A DNA stretch of 64,000 nucleotides from Amoeboaphelidium protococcarum X5 (GCA_023515725.1 JALDTO010000181.1:1-64000); one strand, 5' to 3'; counted from the first letter of the stretch, positions 13,709-27,040 are shown. Numbers and translations: made by a program. The notes: generated from the sequence alone by a model not told the origin.

Positions 13709-13858
13709 TTCCCCCTATTGTCCAACTATGATAGATCGTGGGCAGTGTTAAGTCTAAGATTTCGCGATGAGACGCGGTTAGAACTTTGTTCGGTCTTCGT
13801 TTAGTTTCCTCCTCTCTGCTCCAGTGTGTGAATATATTAAACTAAACCTTATTCTGTA

Positions 13859-15254
13859 ATGTCTATCGTGATTGAAACCACAAATAATTGCAAAGCAATT
13901 AGTCGCTCTATAGTAAGTAGCTATTTTCTATTGTGTGCTTAATTATCCACTATGTATTGAACGTGTGTAGATTCGACTTTGTAACATATCTTCGCTGGAG
14001 TTTCGCAATCTGCCGCAGACAACTTTGTAGTTTGACTGTATCTGGTGTTGTGCTTATCGCGTTCATGATGGATCAAAGCTATGGTAGAGTTAGGAATTAC
14101 CACCTTTTATTAATGGATGCATTCGGTGTGCATCTAAGGCCTTCATAAATTAGAGCAGCGATCACTATAATGTTTCCGCGAACGAGTCTGGCGTAATCAT
14201 CAGATTGTGTGGTAGAAAAGATTAGATTGATTATGTTCTGATGCTATGGAATATAGAGTTTGCTGCTCTTTATCGATTATCATCGTTAAAATTTCAAAAT
14301 TTTGCTGAGAACACCCTTATATTCTTGGACTAGAACGGATAGTATTATTGTAGTGGCGAATCCGTAGATGCAGATGTGCCAAAGCTGTTATTTTGTTCCG
14401 TCTCTGGTGGATATAAAGCACCTAACATCATTAATCGATTATAAATTCAAGATATTGTAAGATACCGCTAAGCTATTAAAGATATCAAATCATAATCGTG
14501 TAAGATTTAAAGCTCATTGAAAGGAAGCTGCGAGGAGTTCAATGATGATGGAGATACTACTAATGCTTAGCGATTGCGGCTTTAAAATCTATCTAGATTG
14601 ATCGAGATATAAAAGGCTTCTAATCAAAAGCTGCAAGACTTGTTGGGCAATCGGATGAAGTTATTGACGTAGACGTAGTAAAGAATATCCATGGCTAAAG
14701 ACTAATTGAGCAGCAACGTTACAACTCTTGGTAGAATCAGAAATGAGACAATGAAAGCTCAAAGTCTAATCTTATCAAAGTTCCAGTAAATTGACTTTTA
14801 CTCTGCAGTATTTATTCAAAAGTTATCTAATACGTTCTAGTTTGACGCGTTAAATCAGACTATACTTAATCTTGAGCTATGCTGCGAAGGTACTGATGGC
14901 ATAGAATTCAAATCTGGTGGAAATTAGAATAAGAAGACTTTGGCTTTTTGTCGCTCAACTGCTAATGGATATCTCTGCTGCCTCGTAGTTATGATCGCTA
15001 AATACTTGCAGATACCTTTGAGATTTCCACTATTTATGGACGTATCTCAGGTGAAGCTATTTGATTTTCTCTAAATCGTAGACGCTCAGAGCGACTAATC
15101 TGAAGCCATGTCCATGCTCAGTAAGAATTTGGATTAGATTCTAGAGAGTGTTCATATCAGAGTGATGGAAGAGTCATCATCTCCTGCGCGTAAGCTTGGC
15201 ATATTGTTAGAATTTTTATAAAATAGTAGGACACAAGTAATTGGTGAAGCTTGA
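13859..15254 (+). CDS. UVRAG: UVRAG/Vps38-like PI3K complex II subunit, 2 exons, 445 aa
   Basis: Exons 13859-13912 and 13971-15254 (GTAAGT...TAG, 58 nt). C2-like N-terminus (IRLCNISSLEFRNL...ENTLIF), coiled coil, then ANGYLCCLVVMIAKYLQIPLRFP and MLSKNLDQIL. Confidence 0.75.
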
Positions 15255-16229
15255 AAACATCATATATGCTTAGTTTTGCTACTCTTATATTTACTATTAT
15301 GATTACATTCCTAGAACATTTAAGCCAGCAGATATGAAATCTTTTAGAGCGTCTTTCAAGTTGAACATGCCGACACCTTTTAACTTGAATACCAGCGCAA
15401 CAATCATCGCAATAGTCAATAACACTACTGGGAGTTGATTCTATTTCTACAGAGACATCAATAAGCTAGTCATAAACTTTAAAGTCTTTCCACCAATACT
15501 AGCCTTTCTTTAATTCTCAACAACGTTGGTACTAAGAGTAGATGGTTTCTATGGTTAATCTAGCTCTTACGGACTTTAGTCATTGATCACAGTATCCACC
15601 TTCTACTATGCCTCCACATAAGAGGAAATGTTATGGTTATTATCATCTCCGAGGGATACATCCTTTGTGGGAACACCTTCCTCAATAACGACATCCTATT
15701 TTGTATCAAGAGATTATGCCTCGAGATGAGCAGTGCGAGCTTCCTGCAGACGGTCCTTCAGTAACTGTATGCAATCATCGCCAACAATACCAACGTCCAA
15801 ATTCTAAATAAGCTCCATAGAGTACTCAAAATCTTCTTGAGGCGACAACAAACTGCACGTGTATAATTCAACAATACTGGCAATCTACACGGCATCGGAC
15901 TCGGAATAGTTTAATAGACACCATTCACAATATTACATCGCTTCATCCACAAGCTAACACTGAGCCGACATATTAGCCACCACATAATGAACCAAAGAAC
16001 CATACATCGCTTTTTACTACAGCTTAATCGCCACACCTGAATCCAAAAGTTTGCCATTGAGATCACACAGCTAGATGATCTGACTTACATTTAAGTCAAT
16101 GCCTTAACCAGCGGTCACCTTTTAAAGCAAACTCTTACTCTTAGGCTTATCACCTTTATAATAGCTCTTTATAGCAGTATCAATTAATCGCTAAGTGTTT
16201 GACATTGACCCTAGATCGTCCCGAAGCAT
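15177..16229 (-). CDS. Pex26/Pex15-like tail-anchored membrane protein (start 16229 or 16205; 3' end uncertain)
   Basis: CEWCL...IVELYTCSLLSPQEDFEYSMELI resembles fungal Pex26; low-complexity linker, then a single C-terminal TM (VVLLTIAMIVALVF) followed by basic residues. First in-frame TGA at 15179-15177. Confidence 0.55.
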
Positions 16230-16805
16230 TTGAAAATGCAAATAGCAGCGAATCTCTCTTACAATGAAATTGCTTTTGAAGAAGAAGGAAGACGCAAAGA
16301 TAGAAAGCGCGCGTTAGTAGTTGAAATATCGCTGTAATAAACTCGTTAAATGTACGTAGTGTTAAATTGCGTATTAAGTTCCCACAAACTAATTGATCAA
16401 TTCATTTTTACGTTCTGCTGATATCGCTATGGAGACTTTCATTGCTCTTCCTCTCATATGAACTATACGTTCTATAATTAACTGACTCTGTTGAGCTCTT
16501 CAATGTTAAAATTACCCCACTCTCAGTAAATAACTCGTATAAAATGAGCTCAAGTAACTTTCTGCTGAATGGAATTGAACTTCATTTCTTGGGAATAAAC
16601 AAGCGCTAAAATTTTCATATGAAATTCAGCGATGTCTTAGTTACCGCATGCAGGATAGGCTATTTATAGACACTCGTCCACTCGCTTACAATTTGATTCA
16701 AGGGATTAGAGTTTCATCTCCTAGTAACGTCACATCTCTGTTTAAACAATTGCTGCAATTCTTCTATCTACTAAAGCAAAAACAATTGAGTATAAACAGG
16801 AGATA

Positions 16806-19800
16806 ATGGAGTTGGAATAGTAGACAGAGAACAGGGGATCTTTGAACCAATTGAATGAACAGCCTGTTTAAGGTGAAACAGCGAATCAACCTCATCACGG
16901 CCCGTTGCAGCCGCGTTTATCAGCAAGCATCGCTGATCTGAAACAAGAGAGTGCGAATAGTGTCAGCGAGGCTATTGTTTAGCAGTAGGTGTCTGATGCT
17001 TTGAATAATGATTATCTGCCAGCGTAGGACGAGTCGCTGGACCCATAGTTGTAGTAGTAGCAGCAGAGCTTTGTTGATGAACAGATTGACGCTGTTGAGT
17101 TGGCGAGACGTAAAGTTATCGCTGTGCAATGGTTGCAGTAATTGTTGGCGTAGGATAATATTAATCTGATTCCTGGTGGCAATTTGGATGATATTGATAG
17201 CATCCTAAAGTTGAATCTGCATGATCAGTTGAAATCGGGTGCATTGCTTTGCCAGGCGTTGAACAATCTGATGACTGCCAATCCATCCTTCACCGCTGCC
17301 AACTTGCCGCCTATTGAGATTAATGAACGTACCGACATGTTTGCCTCTCTAACTAACTTGAATAACTTTGTGCGTACCAGCGAGTTGTATTTCAATGTGG
17401 ATCGCTTTCGTCTATTTGATCCTATTGAGATTTTGTAAGCTGATGGTGTATCTGCTGACAGTGAAAGTCGATTGATTAGAGCAGTTTACTTTCTAAAGTT
17501 GGTGGTTGAAGAAACTGGTCTAGATTTCCAGGTTTATAGTGCAAAGCCTTTTGCCACTTTGACTTTTGACTAGATTAGTCAGTTGGTATCCATGATCTCA
17601 ACCAGCCCGTCGAATCCTGTGGTAGCTTATGATCCTCGCGTTGTTATGAGCGTACAGGACACTGAGGCCTTTCAAAGACTTGCTGGCAAGCTGGATGCTG
17701 TGGAGGCTAGTCATAAGTCTCTGTCCATGCTGACTCTTTAGATTGGTAACAGATTTGAGTAACTGCAGAAAGATCAGGAGGTAATCAAGAAGAAGTTAGA
17801 TAATCTGGTTGGAGGTGTTTTGGGAGCTTTCGATGAGGTATCTCATAAGTTGCGCGATCTGAAAGAAGTCACTGATGTTGTTGGAAATTCTGCAATAGGA
17901 TTGCATTCTATCGTCTAGTTGATTGAGAATAAGAATGTGCAAGCCAATTCTGCCATTTTGGAGGCATTAGCTAAAGCTCAGCATGTGTAAGCTGTTAAAT
18001 CTACTGCCTTTGATGATCATAAGGCATCCACAGCTTACAAGTCGTTATTGGCTGAGGCTAAAGCTAATAGTAGTGCTGGTGCTGAAAGTCGTAAAAGTTC
18101 ATCCAATTTGGCTCAATCACCATCTGCAAGAATCAGCACCTCAGTTCCCGTCAGTCCAAGCACACCTTCCCCAATGCTGGCTTAGAGTCCTCAGTAGAGC
18201 TCTGCTGCCAAGGTGTTCAAGTTGCCTGATGAAGTTCTAGCCATGAATCTCCCTAAAGATGAGTTGATGCGCCAAAGTGTATTGTACGAGTTTATTGAAA
18301 GCGAATAGGATTACGTTCGAGATGTGAATGTCATGTTGGAGTATCATTACAAAAAGTTGAAGTTTGGCAGATTGCTGGATGACGCGCAGTTGAAGCAAAT
18401 GTTCTCCAATCTGGAAGAGTTATTGCCAGTGAATAAAAAGTTTCTGGCTTAGCTCAACAAGAGGTAATCTGATAATTGTGTTATTTCTGGCATTGCCGAT
18501 TTAGTCCTTGAAGTCGCTCCTCAATTTAAAGTGTATGACATTTATTGTGCCAATTATCAATCTGCATTGTCGCTGTATAAGGCACTCAAGTCGAGAGAAG
18601 ACATAAAGCTGTACTTGGAAAAGGCAATGAATTAGCCAGAGTGTCGCGGTTTGTCGTTGGAGTCCTTCTTGATCAAACCGGTGCAGAGAATTTGTAAGTA
18701 TCCTTTGCTGTTGCGTGAATTGATCAAGAATACACCTAAGGGACATTCTGATCACTAATTACTTGAATCTGCCATGCAAAAGATTGAGGAGGTTTTGAAC
18801 TCGATCAATGAAAAGACCAGAGCTGTAGTGGATAGAGAAAAGCTTTTGGAGTTGCAGTCAAAGATTGAAAGTGCAGTGCCGTTGAATTTAGTTGTAGATG
18901 GTAGACGTATAATTAGAGAAGGAGCATTGCAGCGCGTAAACAATGGAAAGAGTAAAGATCGTCAGTTTGTGCTATTAAATGATTATGCTATTGTATTCAA
19001 GTCTTCTGGAAAGCAAGGTACAAAACTTTAGTATGAGTCTCATATTGAACTTGTGAGAAGCTTGGTGAATCCCAATCCAAACATTAAGTTGGCAGGCGGT
19101 AACAACGCGTCTGGATAGAAGTTGGTCAAATTAATGTTTGAGATTGTCAGCGGATCTGAATCGTATGCTTTCGCCGCACAGAGTGAACAGGATCGATTGA
19201 GATGGATGTAAATGCTGGAAGATGCCATCCGGGATGCTGTAGATTTGAGTCTTCCTTCTCTGGTTCAGTAGCTATCTGCTTCACCTTCTACAGTTGGCAC
19301 ATCTCAGTCTGGCGGTGGTGGTGCTTAGAGAAATAACTCTGTAAAGACGGTGCGCACTGGTACCATTAGAAGAAAATCAAATTTCTTCGGGCTGAAGGAT
19401 GGCAATAAGAGAGGCTCATAAGAATCTGTGGCCGAGTTCCCTGAAGAGAATTCGCCAGCTTTGCAGTCATAGGCAAGCTTTGGCACTTCAGAGTCCAAGG
19501 GTCGTAAGAAGAGCATTGGCTCAATGATTGGCAATGATTTGATATCTGAAGAGTCTTCACACAAGAGCGCTGATGAAATATCTGCTCAGAGTAGCGGTAA
19601 CTTTAGAAGAATATCTACAGCCTCTCAGATGGGCGTTGAAGGGCCATAGGCTGTGAGTATTCCTGTCGCCTCACCCGCTGCGCCTCAAACTGTCCCTTTG
19701 GAGGTACCAGGATATCCAGCATGGCGCGCAGTTGACTCTGGATATGGTGCATTCTACTACTTTAATGTTGAGACGCAGGTAACTTCGTGGTATCATCCAC

Positions 19801-20096
19801 AAATTCTTGCCTAGTAGCAGCAGTTGTCTTAGTAGTAAACCGACTTATAGTAGCCATAGCAGCAGTAGCAGCCTGAATAATAGACGGAATAGCCAGCAGT
19901 GTAGCAATAGCCTCCTGTAGCGATTGCATTTGGAAGTATTGGGCCACCAGCTTCCCCACCACCTCAGTTACTTTCGAGTAAAGAGCAGTCGAATGGCGAA
20001 TCTGTTAATGACGCGTAATAGAACAAAGAGTAGCCAGAGGCAGCTAATGTAGAAGCTACAAACTCTGATAAAACTTAGAAGTAGCAAGAGCAGTGA
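16806..20096 (+). CDS. Rho GEF with CH, coiled-coil, DH, PH and WW domains, 1096 aa
   Basis: CH ([12 protein letters not shown]), DH ([18 protein letters not shown]...[16 protein letters not shown]), PH (IIREGAL...RQFVLLND...WMQML), WW ([28 protein letters not shown]). Poly-Q runs mix CAG with TAG/TAA. Confidence 0.9.
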
Positions 20097-20230
20097 TGAT
20101 AATGATGCAAAGAACTTGAGCATAATTCTGTGATGTGATGATGAAGGGGTCTAAATAGAAAAGATTTACCAAATAATGATTTCATTTCAATTTAATCACA
20201 CTTCACTTCTAATAGCTTCATATTGCTCTT

Positions 20231-20979
20231 TCACATAACCAACCGGTAAGTGACATATCTACCAGCAGTCTCAGAAGGCCTAATAATCTTCACCACATCT
20301 CCCCTTCTGAGACCAAAGTAACGAGCCACCGGATCACTCTACAACATTCGCGGCAACTGCGACTCTTTCAGTCTGTATCTCTTCAGCAACTCCGCCTTCT
20401 CCCCAGCAGTGAGTAGAACATGCTTAGGCACCAACTAATGCTCAGTAATATTGACCAACAACTCTGCTTCATGGAACATTTCAAATTTTAATTTTGGCAA
20501 ATTCATCATCACCTACACCACATCCAACGATATAATATATCAAAAATACATTATCATAATAAGATTAATACCTTGGCAGCAGCGGGAGTAATGTGATTGC
20601 GAATGACAACGATGGCGCGCATAATGCCCTTCTCACTCATAGTTTGCACAAATGTTCGAATTGGCTTCACTCCCACAGACATCTCTTCGGTGAAGAATAC
20701 AATCAACTGATCAGATGGCTCATTCGCGTTGGTAAACATGAAGGCAAGAGCATCTCTATTTATTATAGAGCCAAACTGATTCCTAAATTCATCCAGAGAC
20801 AGATTAAATTCATTATCACCCACACTATATCCTCGATCCTTTGCCTACATAAATTGCTAATGATAATCAGACGTTCATTGGATTGATGTAAATCGTATTG
20901 AAATAAATCGTACCATCTTATGGATCGTCTTGTGCACCTTCCACAACTTGACCAAATCTCTATCGTCTTATTATTACAT
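20231..20979 (-). CDS. RPB5: RNA polymerases I/II/III common subunit RPB5, 3 exons
   Basis: Exons 20979-20914, 20844-20572, 20512-20231. Starts ATG TAA TAA TAA (MQQQ). Motifs [39 protein letters not shown]. Confidence 0.96.
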
Positions 20980-22205
20980 TCCTCTAAATTCAATATAACG
21001 CTATCGAAATATATATTTATCAATTTATTATAATGATCGGACTGATTGATTTAAAGATTCGAATGAATTTTCCAGCTTTTCTCTTATCTTTCTTACTCAA
21101 CTCTCTGCCGATTCTATCAATAGAGGAAAGAATGTGAAAATCAAAGTGAATTAGGCTTGTTATCCATCAACTTGGACGAACCATTTTCCCGATAGTTGAT
21201 GGACTTGGACCTGCCTTTCTGTCTACAAGCACTGTGATAGTCAGTCGAGCGAGAAATGATTTCCACATAACTGTAGATCGTGGCTTAGATTAACCGTAGG
21301 TAGAAACTTTCGAATTGATTTGGTGATCTCTGAAGACTTGTACTATTACTGCGTTCTCTTATCGACAACAATATTATGCATTTATATGTTGGTAAAGGGA
21401 GGTAGATGCACTTATTAATACTAAGGATAAAGTTTTAATATATTGGATAGATGACAAAACGGATGGTGGATCAGTAGACCGTAGCGTAAGTATTGAAGGT
21501 TGACTGGGATGTGAATCCGAAATTACCACCGCACAAAGCTCAAATGTTCAAGACTTTAATTTTCTAATTCCGCTATTTTTCTGCGTACTAAGCACGATCT
21601 ATTGGTTTTAGTTGATCACATCCTGGCTGCAAAATGCTCCTATTATGATCGACTCTGAGCGTGCAGTCAGCATACTAATTGCATAAGCTTTTCTATTTGA
21701 ACGCAATAGATGGCTAGTACCCATTGCATACGCGTTGCTCATTATCATAATGGGCAAAGTGAGTGATTCTTTTAATATTGCAGGAGAGTTGGAAGTTTTT
21801 CAAGATCAACTGCAGAATGCGAAATCTGTTAGGATTTTCCTTTTTTCTCTTACTGCGAAATTAGAGTGGTTGAAAGCAATCGCCTTTTTACATCCATGAT
21901 GACATTATGATATTCTACAGTCTTTTAGGCGCGTAAATAATCCTTGTATACGCGTCTTACACGTTGCCTTATATTAAACTCATTTAGCTCTTTGATGATA
22001 TCACTTCATTCAGTCAGTGAAATCATCATCATAGAGATTGTCATGAGTATATGATGAATTTACAATCGATTAGTCTTTCAGATTTAAAATGATGACAATT
22101 GCTTAAATTCTGATACTCATCACTATTTTACTCTTCTAGTATTAGAAATTGTATAAACAATAATTTTCATATTTATATTTAAACACACATTCACACTTAA
22201 GAGAT

Positions 22206-22496
22206 TCATTTAGCAACAACAGCAGAGTGTTCCCGCCTGGTTGCTTCTTATAAGAGAGGAACCGCGACATCCTGCTTCTACAGATGCACATATCTAACAA
22301 CACTACCACGGATAAACGTGTCAGAAATTGAGGCGAGATACGGGTGTTTATCAGCATCCACCACCTCAATGTTATCCAGCTTAAAGTTCATAAACTAGTC
22401 CACAGACACGAGAGTTCCCTTGATCTTGACATCATTCTTCAACTCCACAATCACCTACTTTCCAATTAGAGTCTTGAAAAATGAATAGAACAGCAT
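22206..22496 (-). CDS. LSM2: Sm-like protein LSm2, 96 aa
   Basis: MLFYSFFKTLIGKQVIVELKND...SVDQFMNFKL...FIRGSVVRYVHL...EATRRE. Confidence 0.96.
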
Positions 22497-22790
22497 AATT
22501 ATTATATTATTATTTACAGTTAAAGACAGGCTTTACTAAAGGTAACTCCTAATGCTATTACTGAACACAACAGCAGAGGGTCCGAGTCAGGAAAGATTCC
22601 AACTAAAGATGCGTACGTTTCGAACTCCCAGAAAAAGTCCACAAGAGGAAGCTGCGAACGAACTGCGAAATTTACAAGCGTCTTGGTCATTTCTTCGTTT
22701 CTCTCTTACTCTGGCTGAGAGAACACACAAGAGTAAAAGGGGCGCTTTATCTCCGCCCGTCGTCGTCTTTCTCTCTCGCTTCTGCTTTGC

Positions 22791-22816
22791 TGTTGTTGTT
22801 GTTGTTGTTGTTGTTG
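22791..22816. repeat. (TGT)n microsatellite upstream of ARPC1
   Basis: About 8-9 perfect TGT units. Confidence 0.9.
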
Positions 22817-22973
22817 CAAACAGTTTCCTTTCTCTTTGTTCCTGGAAGACTAAGTATATAAAGTCCAACTTTTTTATACTGCTTGGAATATTATTGACTT
22901 GAACAAGCATAGATTGTCAATCTGCTTGAAATTAATAAATTAAACTCAAAGAACTTGAATTTGAATTTAAATT

Positions 22974-24122
22974 ATGAGTGCTGACGTTTATCATTTGGTT
23001 AATGCACCTGTCACTGCGTATGCGTTCAATGGAAACAACACCTAGTTGGCATTGTGTGCCAATAACAATGATGTGTTGATATTCCAGCGTCCGAGTCCTA
23101 CCAGTCAAGATTGGAAGTAGACTCATACTCTGGTTGGTCATGACAAGACTGTGACTTCCATGGACTGGGCTCCTCAGACCAACCGTCTGGTCACCTGTGC
23201 ACAGGATCGTAATGCGTATGTCTGGGTGTTCGATGCAGCTAGCAACTAGTGGAAACCAACGCTGGTGTTATTACGTATCAATAGAGCTGCCACTTTTGTT
23301 CGCTGGTCTCCTAATGAGTAGAAATTTGCTGTTGCCAGTGGAGCTCGTCTCATCTCTGTCTGTTACTTTGAGCAGGAGAATGACTGGTGGGTGTCGAAGC
23401 ATTTGAAGAAGCCCATCAGATCCACCGTGCTGTCTCTGGACTGGCATCCAAACAATGTCTTGTTGGCGTGCGGCTCCTCTGATATGAAGTGTCGTGTATT
23501 CAGTGCTTACATCAAGGGCCTGGATGAGAAGCCAGCCGCCTCTGCGTTGGGAGAACGTTTACCGTTTGGCACGCTGTGTGCAGAGTACGGTAATGGTCGT
23601 GGAGGTTGGATCCATGGTGTTGCATTCAGTCCGACTGGTGATGAACTGGCATGGGTTGGACATGATTCTGCCATCTACTTTGCTGATCCAGCCAAGAATT
23701 CGGTGCAGGAGGTCAAGTTGAACATTTTACCGTTCATGTCGCTTGTATGGGTGGGCTTCAATTCTGTCGTGGCTGCCGGTCATGAATGTGCACCTTACAT
23801 CTATACTCGTAGTGGTCCTGGTGCCCAGTGGGGACAAGGCGAAAAGTTGGATGTGGGTGGTGCTGGTGCAAAGAAGGCTGTGGGCGGAAACGCTGCTCTG
23901 AACAAGTTCAAGCAGATGGATAGCCGTGCCCAGGATTCTGGTCAAGGTGTGACATCTTCTGATTTGCAGACTGTGCACCAGAACTCTATTAATGGTATCC
24001 GCATCTATGAGATTCTAGGCAATGGTGCCAGCAAAGTCTCTACCAGCGGTGTTGATGGACGTGTCGTCGTCTGGGATTTGAAGTCTTTGGAGTCTCAAAT
24101 TGCTGGTCTAAAGATTAACTGA
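22974..24122 (+). CDS. ARPC1: Arp2/3 complex subunit ARPC1/Arc40 (WD40), 382 aa
   Basis: [57 protein letters not shown]. Confidence 0.97.
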
Positions 24123-24234
24123 TTATAACTATGAGACGATTGATTGAATAAATACGATTGGAATAGTAGTAAGGAGTTATAACTTCGTTTTTATATTAAG
24201 AATTGATAATCTAGACTAATGCTTTTCACAGTAT

Positions 24235-25732
24235 TCACTACCATTCATCTTCTGGATTTTGATTATTGGCCGTGCTATCATCTGCGGATAAATTTAAATC
24301 TAACAGCTCCTTTTCAGACATCTTCTTTCTCCTCTGCTCCAGGGCGAGAGCTAGTGAACTCATAAGATCATTACCAGACGATGTCGCTGCAACAGCTGAC
24401 GACTTTCTCCTGGAATCAGCACCTGCCTAATACTCACTCGACTACTATATAGAATCTGATGCATCCTAAGACTCGGTGGAAAGTAGACGCCGAGACCTGG
24501 TGCGCGCCTTTACAGTAACATGAGACACTTGAGTAGGTGGTGAAGACTATTTCTTACTCTTACCACGACTTTTAGGTCCTTTGATTCTAGAGGGAAGAGG
24601 CTTTAATCCTTTGGAGCCTCCAGCATTCCTTATAGACTCCATTAAAGAAGATCGGGTGTCAGTTGGTTGAGAATTCTATTGCTTCATTGGAATAGGTAAT
24701 GCGGTCGTTTATGCAGCAGGTGGCAACTTGAAAGATGGAGACGCGCCAGATGGCGGCGGAGGCGGAGGAGGAGGTGGTATATCAGATCCAATAACTTACA
24801 TCTCATCTATTGGTTGTGACTGTACCATATCCGGGATTTTGGATGGCAATGTACCAAGGATGGGAACCACATTAGCTAAATCCAGTCGCGGTAGTCCATA
24901 CATCCGTTCCATCTACTCATATTAAAGTTATAGAGAATCACCACCACCACCAGCTATATCAAGATTTCCTATAAAACTTTTGGCCATCAAGTTCTCAATC
25001 GAATATTGTAGCAGTTCATTATCCTACTCGCTGCTATCCACATGCTTAAATTCAAGCTATTCTAATAGATCAAACAGCTACTAGTCTAAACCATTAGAAG
25101 AAGGCTCTTATATAACAGATTAAGTATCCCTAATGTATTCTGCAGAATCAGGCCGCTATTAATCCGAATGAGACTGTGAGATATTATCCCTAAAGCCTTT
25201 GATAAATGAGCCCAGCAACGACGCGTCTTGATCAAATTACACCAATGAATTATCCAACAACTATCGATCCAATTCAATTTTCAACTTGCCAAGGTCATCG
25301 CCAATACTTTTAACTTCAGTACAATATTACTGGCCGTGCGATGAGTCTTATGCATTATTAAACTAAGGCTGATAATCACCAAAATTTTCAATATCTTTTG
25401 ATATCTATTACTGATCAAGATCATCTTTATAGGGATACCGCGGCATAGAATAAGTCTACAATATAGCTCTCTACTGGCTCTCTATCTTTAACCTATTAAT
25501 TTACACCAAGCATTTCTCAATCCTTTGCTCTATGTACAGTCTTTTTGCATTTTATGAGGAGATCTACATGATATGAGATAAAATGATGAGGTTAGTTTAA
25601 AAGATGAACTAAAACTAGACTTACGCGTTATGAAGCGGTAGCATATAGATAATCAAATGCGGATAGTACTTGTTAGAATTCCCGGCTATACTCCAAGTCA
25701 TTGTTAAACGGCCACTGCAGATTAAGCTTCAT
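24235..25732 (-). CDS. WASH1: WASH complex subunit 1 (Arp2/3 nucleation-promoting factor), 2 exons, 478 aa
   Basis: Exons 25732-25625 and 25563-24235 (GTAAGT..CTAAC..TAG, 61 nt). WAHD-like N-terminus (DLEYSREFQQVLSAFDYL...TYSMPRYP), poly-Pro, WH2 RSSLMESIRNAGG, C motif DLMSSLALALEQRRK, acidic end EDEW. Confidence 0.85.
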
Positions 25733-26017
25733 TGAAATTGCTAAGATTCTACCCAAGGCGATCTAATATAGAATTTCTCAAAGTAAATCTAAAAGAGTCA
25801 AAAAGTTGATTTAATCTCGCCCAAAGGTTTAAAGGAGAACTTTTCAAGTAGGTGAATGCTATTAAAGCGATACCAAAAGAGAATCTGAAATAGAAAGAAG
25901 ATACTGCACGTAATAGCATAATATATATGCATAATCATAAACACTAGCCATAAATACCAATAATATACAACACAGAACTAGACAAACGGAGCATATGACC
26001 AAGAGCGAAACAATAGA

Positions 26018-27040
26018 TCATTAATCAGATTGTGGGACTGATTGAGCATTATTAACAACTTCAGATACAAGGTGGTCTATCATCCTGTGCTTTACAGGCC
26101 ATGAGTTGAACATGATCTTGATTGATTACTGAGCAGCCGCACCTAATACAGTCAGGATACTCTGAATGATCAATTTAGCACTCTGATCGCCAAGTGTCAT
26201 CAGAGCATCAAATATCAGTTAAAGTCTTTTTCGAATGGATAATCTTGTCGATAGGGTGGATCTGTCGCCATTAGATTTATGTCGATGTGGCATGAGAAGT
26301 TGAATGAACTTACCTGGCTTCTTTTATTACACCGATAGTTCCATGTAGTCTAATGCTTTCTAAAAGGTGGCCTCCGCAATGTCTTTAGAATACAATCGGG
26401 ATACTTGAGACCAACATTCACCAGATAGACGTTCGCGCAGAGCTATTTGCAATCTGTCGTTGTAGCCAAATGTATGCTTCTATGGCTCCATATCAAGTAG
26501 AGTCTGTGCCAGTACTTGAATCACGGGTTCCATCGGGGCGGGAGAGTATACTGTGCGCATAACATTCCAATAGTACATCCTTAGTGAATTGACAAGCATA
26601 TAACACGCATTCTGTACTTATAAGAGGTCATGGAATAGTGCGCGTACAGGTACACTCAATTAGCGCATGACATCACGCGTCATGACAAAGTCGACATCAT
26701 TGATATGGAGGAGCGATTGATCACGCACCACCATCTCATACTGCTTGTCCATCTCCTCTTTCACAGACTTCCTAATCATATGCACCATGACCTTATACTG
26801 AATGCCGCGTTAGAATTGTCTACTCCCCTCGCGCCATCCATTTAAATACGATCCCAGACCATTAAACTTTAAACCAAAAGCAGCAGTTTTAACCGCGGAT
26901 CGTCCTACTCTAGGACTTGTTAATTGCTGGTGTATGGAAGTGGATTGATCAGAAATTCGACTCTATGAACGCAATAGCTAACCATTAACTGCCAGCAGTA
27001 AGACATTGATTAATAATACAAACTTGAATGCGGCGATCAT
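26018..27040 (-). CDS. Secreted orphan helical protein, 340 aa if unspliced
   Basis: Signal peptide MIAAFKFVLLINVLLLAVNG|Q; open frame to TAA TGA at 26023-26018; possible 52-nt intron at 26313-26262. Confidence 0.68.

Noticed and set aside
22552-22910. ORFs with poly-Val or poly-Thr
   Set aside because: Artefacts of the TGT microsatellite in the LSM2/ARPC1 divergent promoter.
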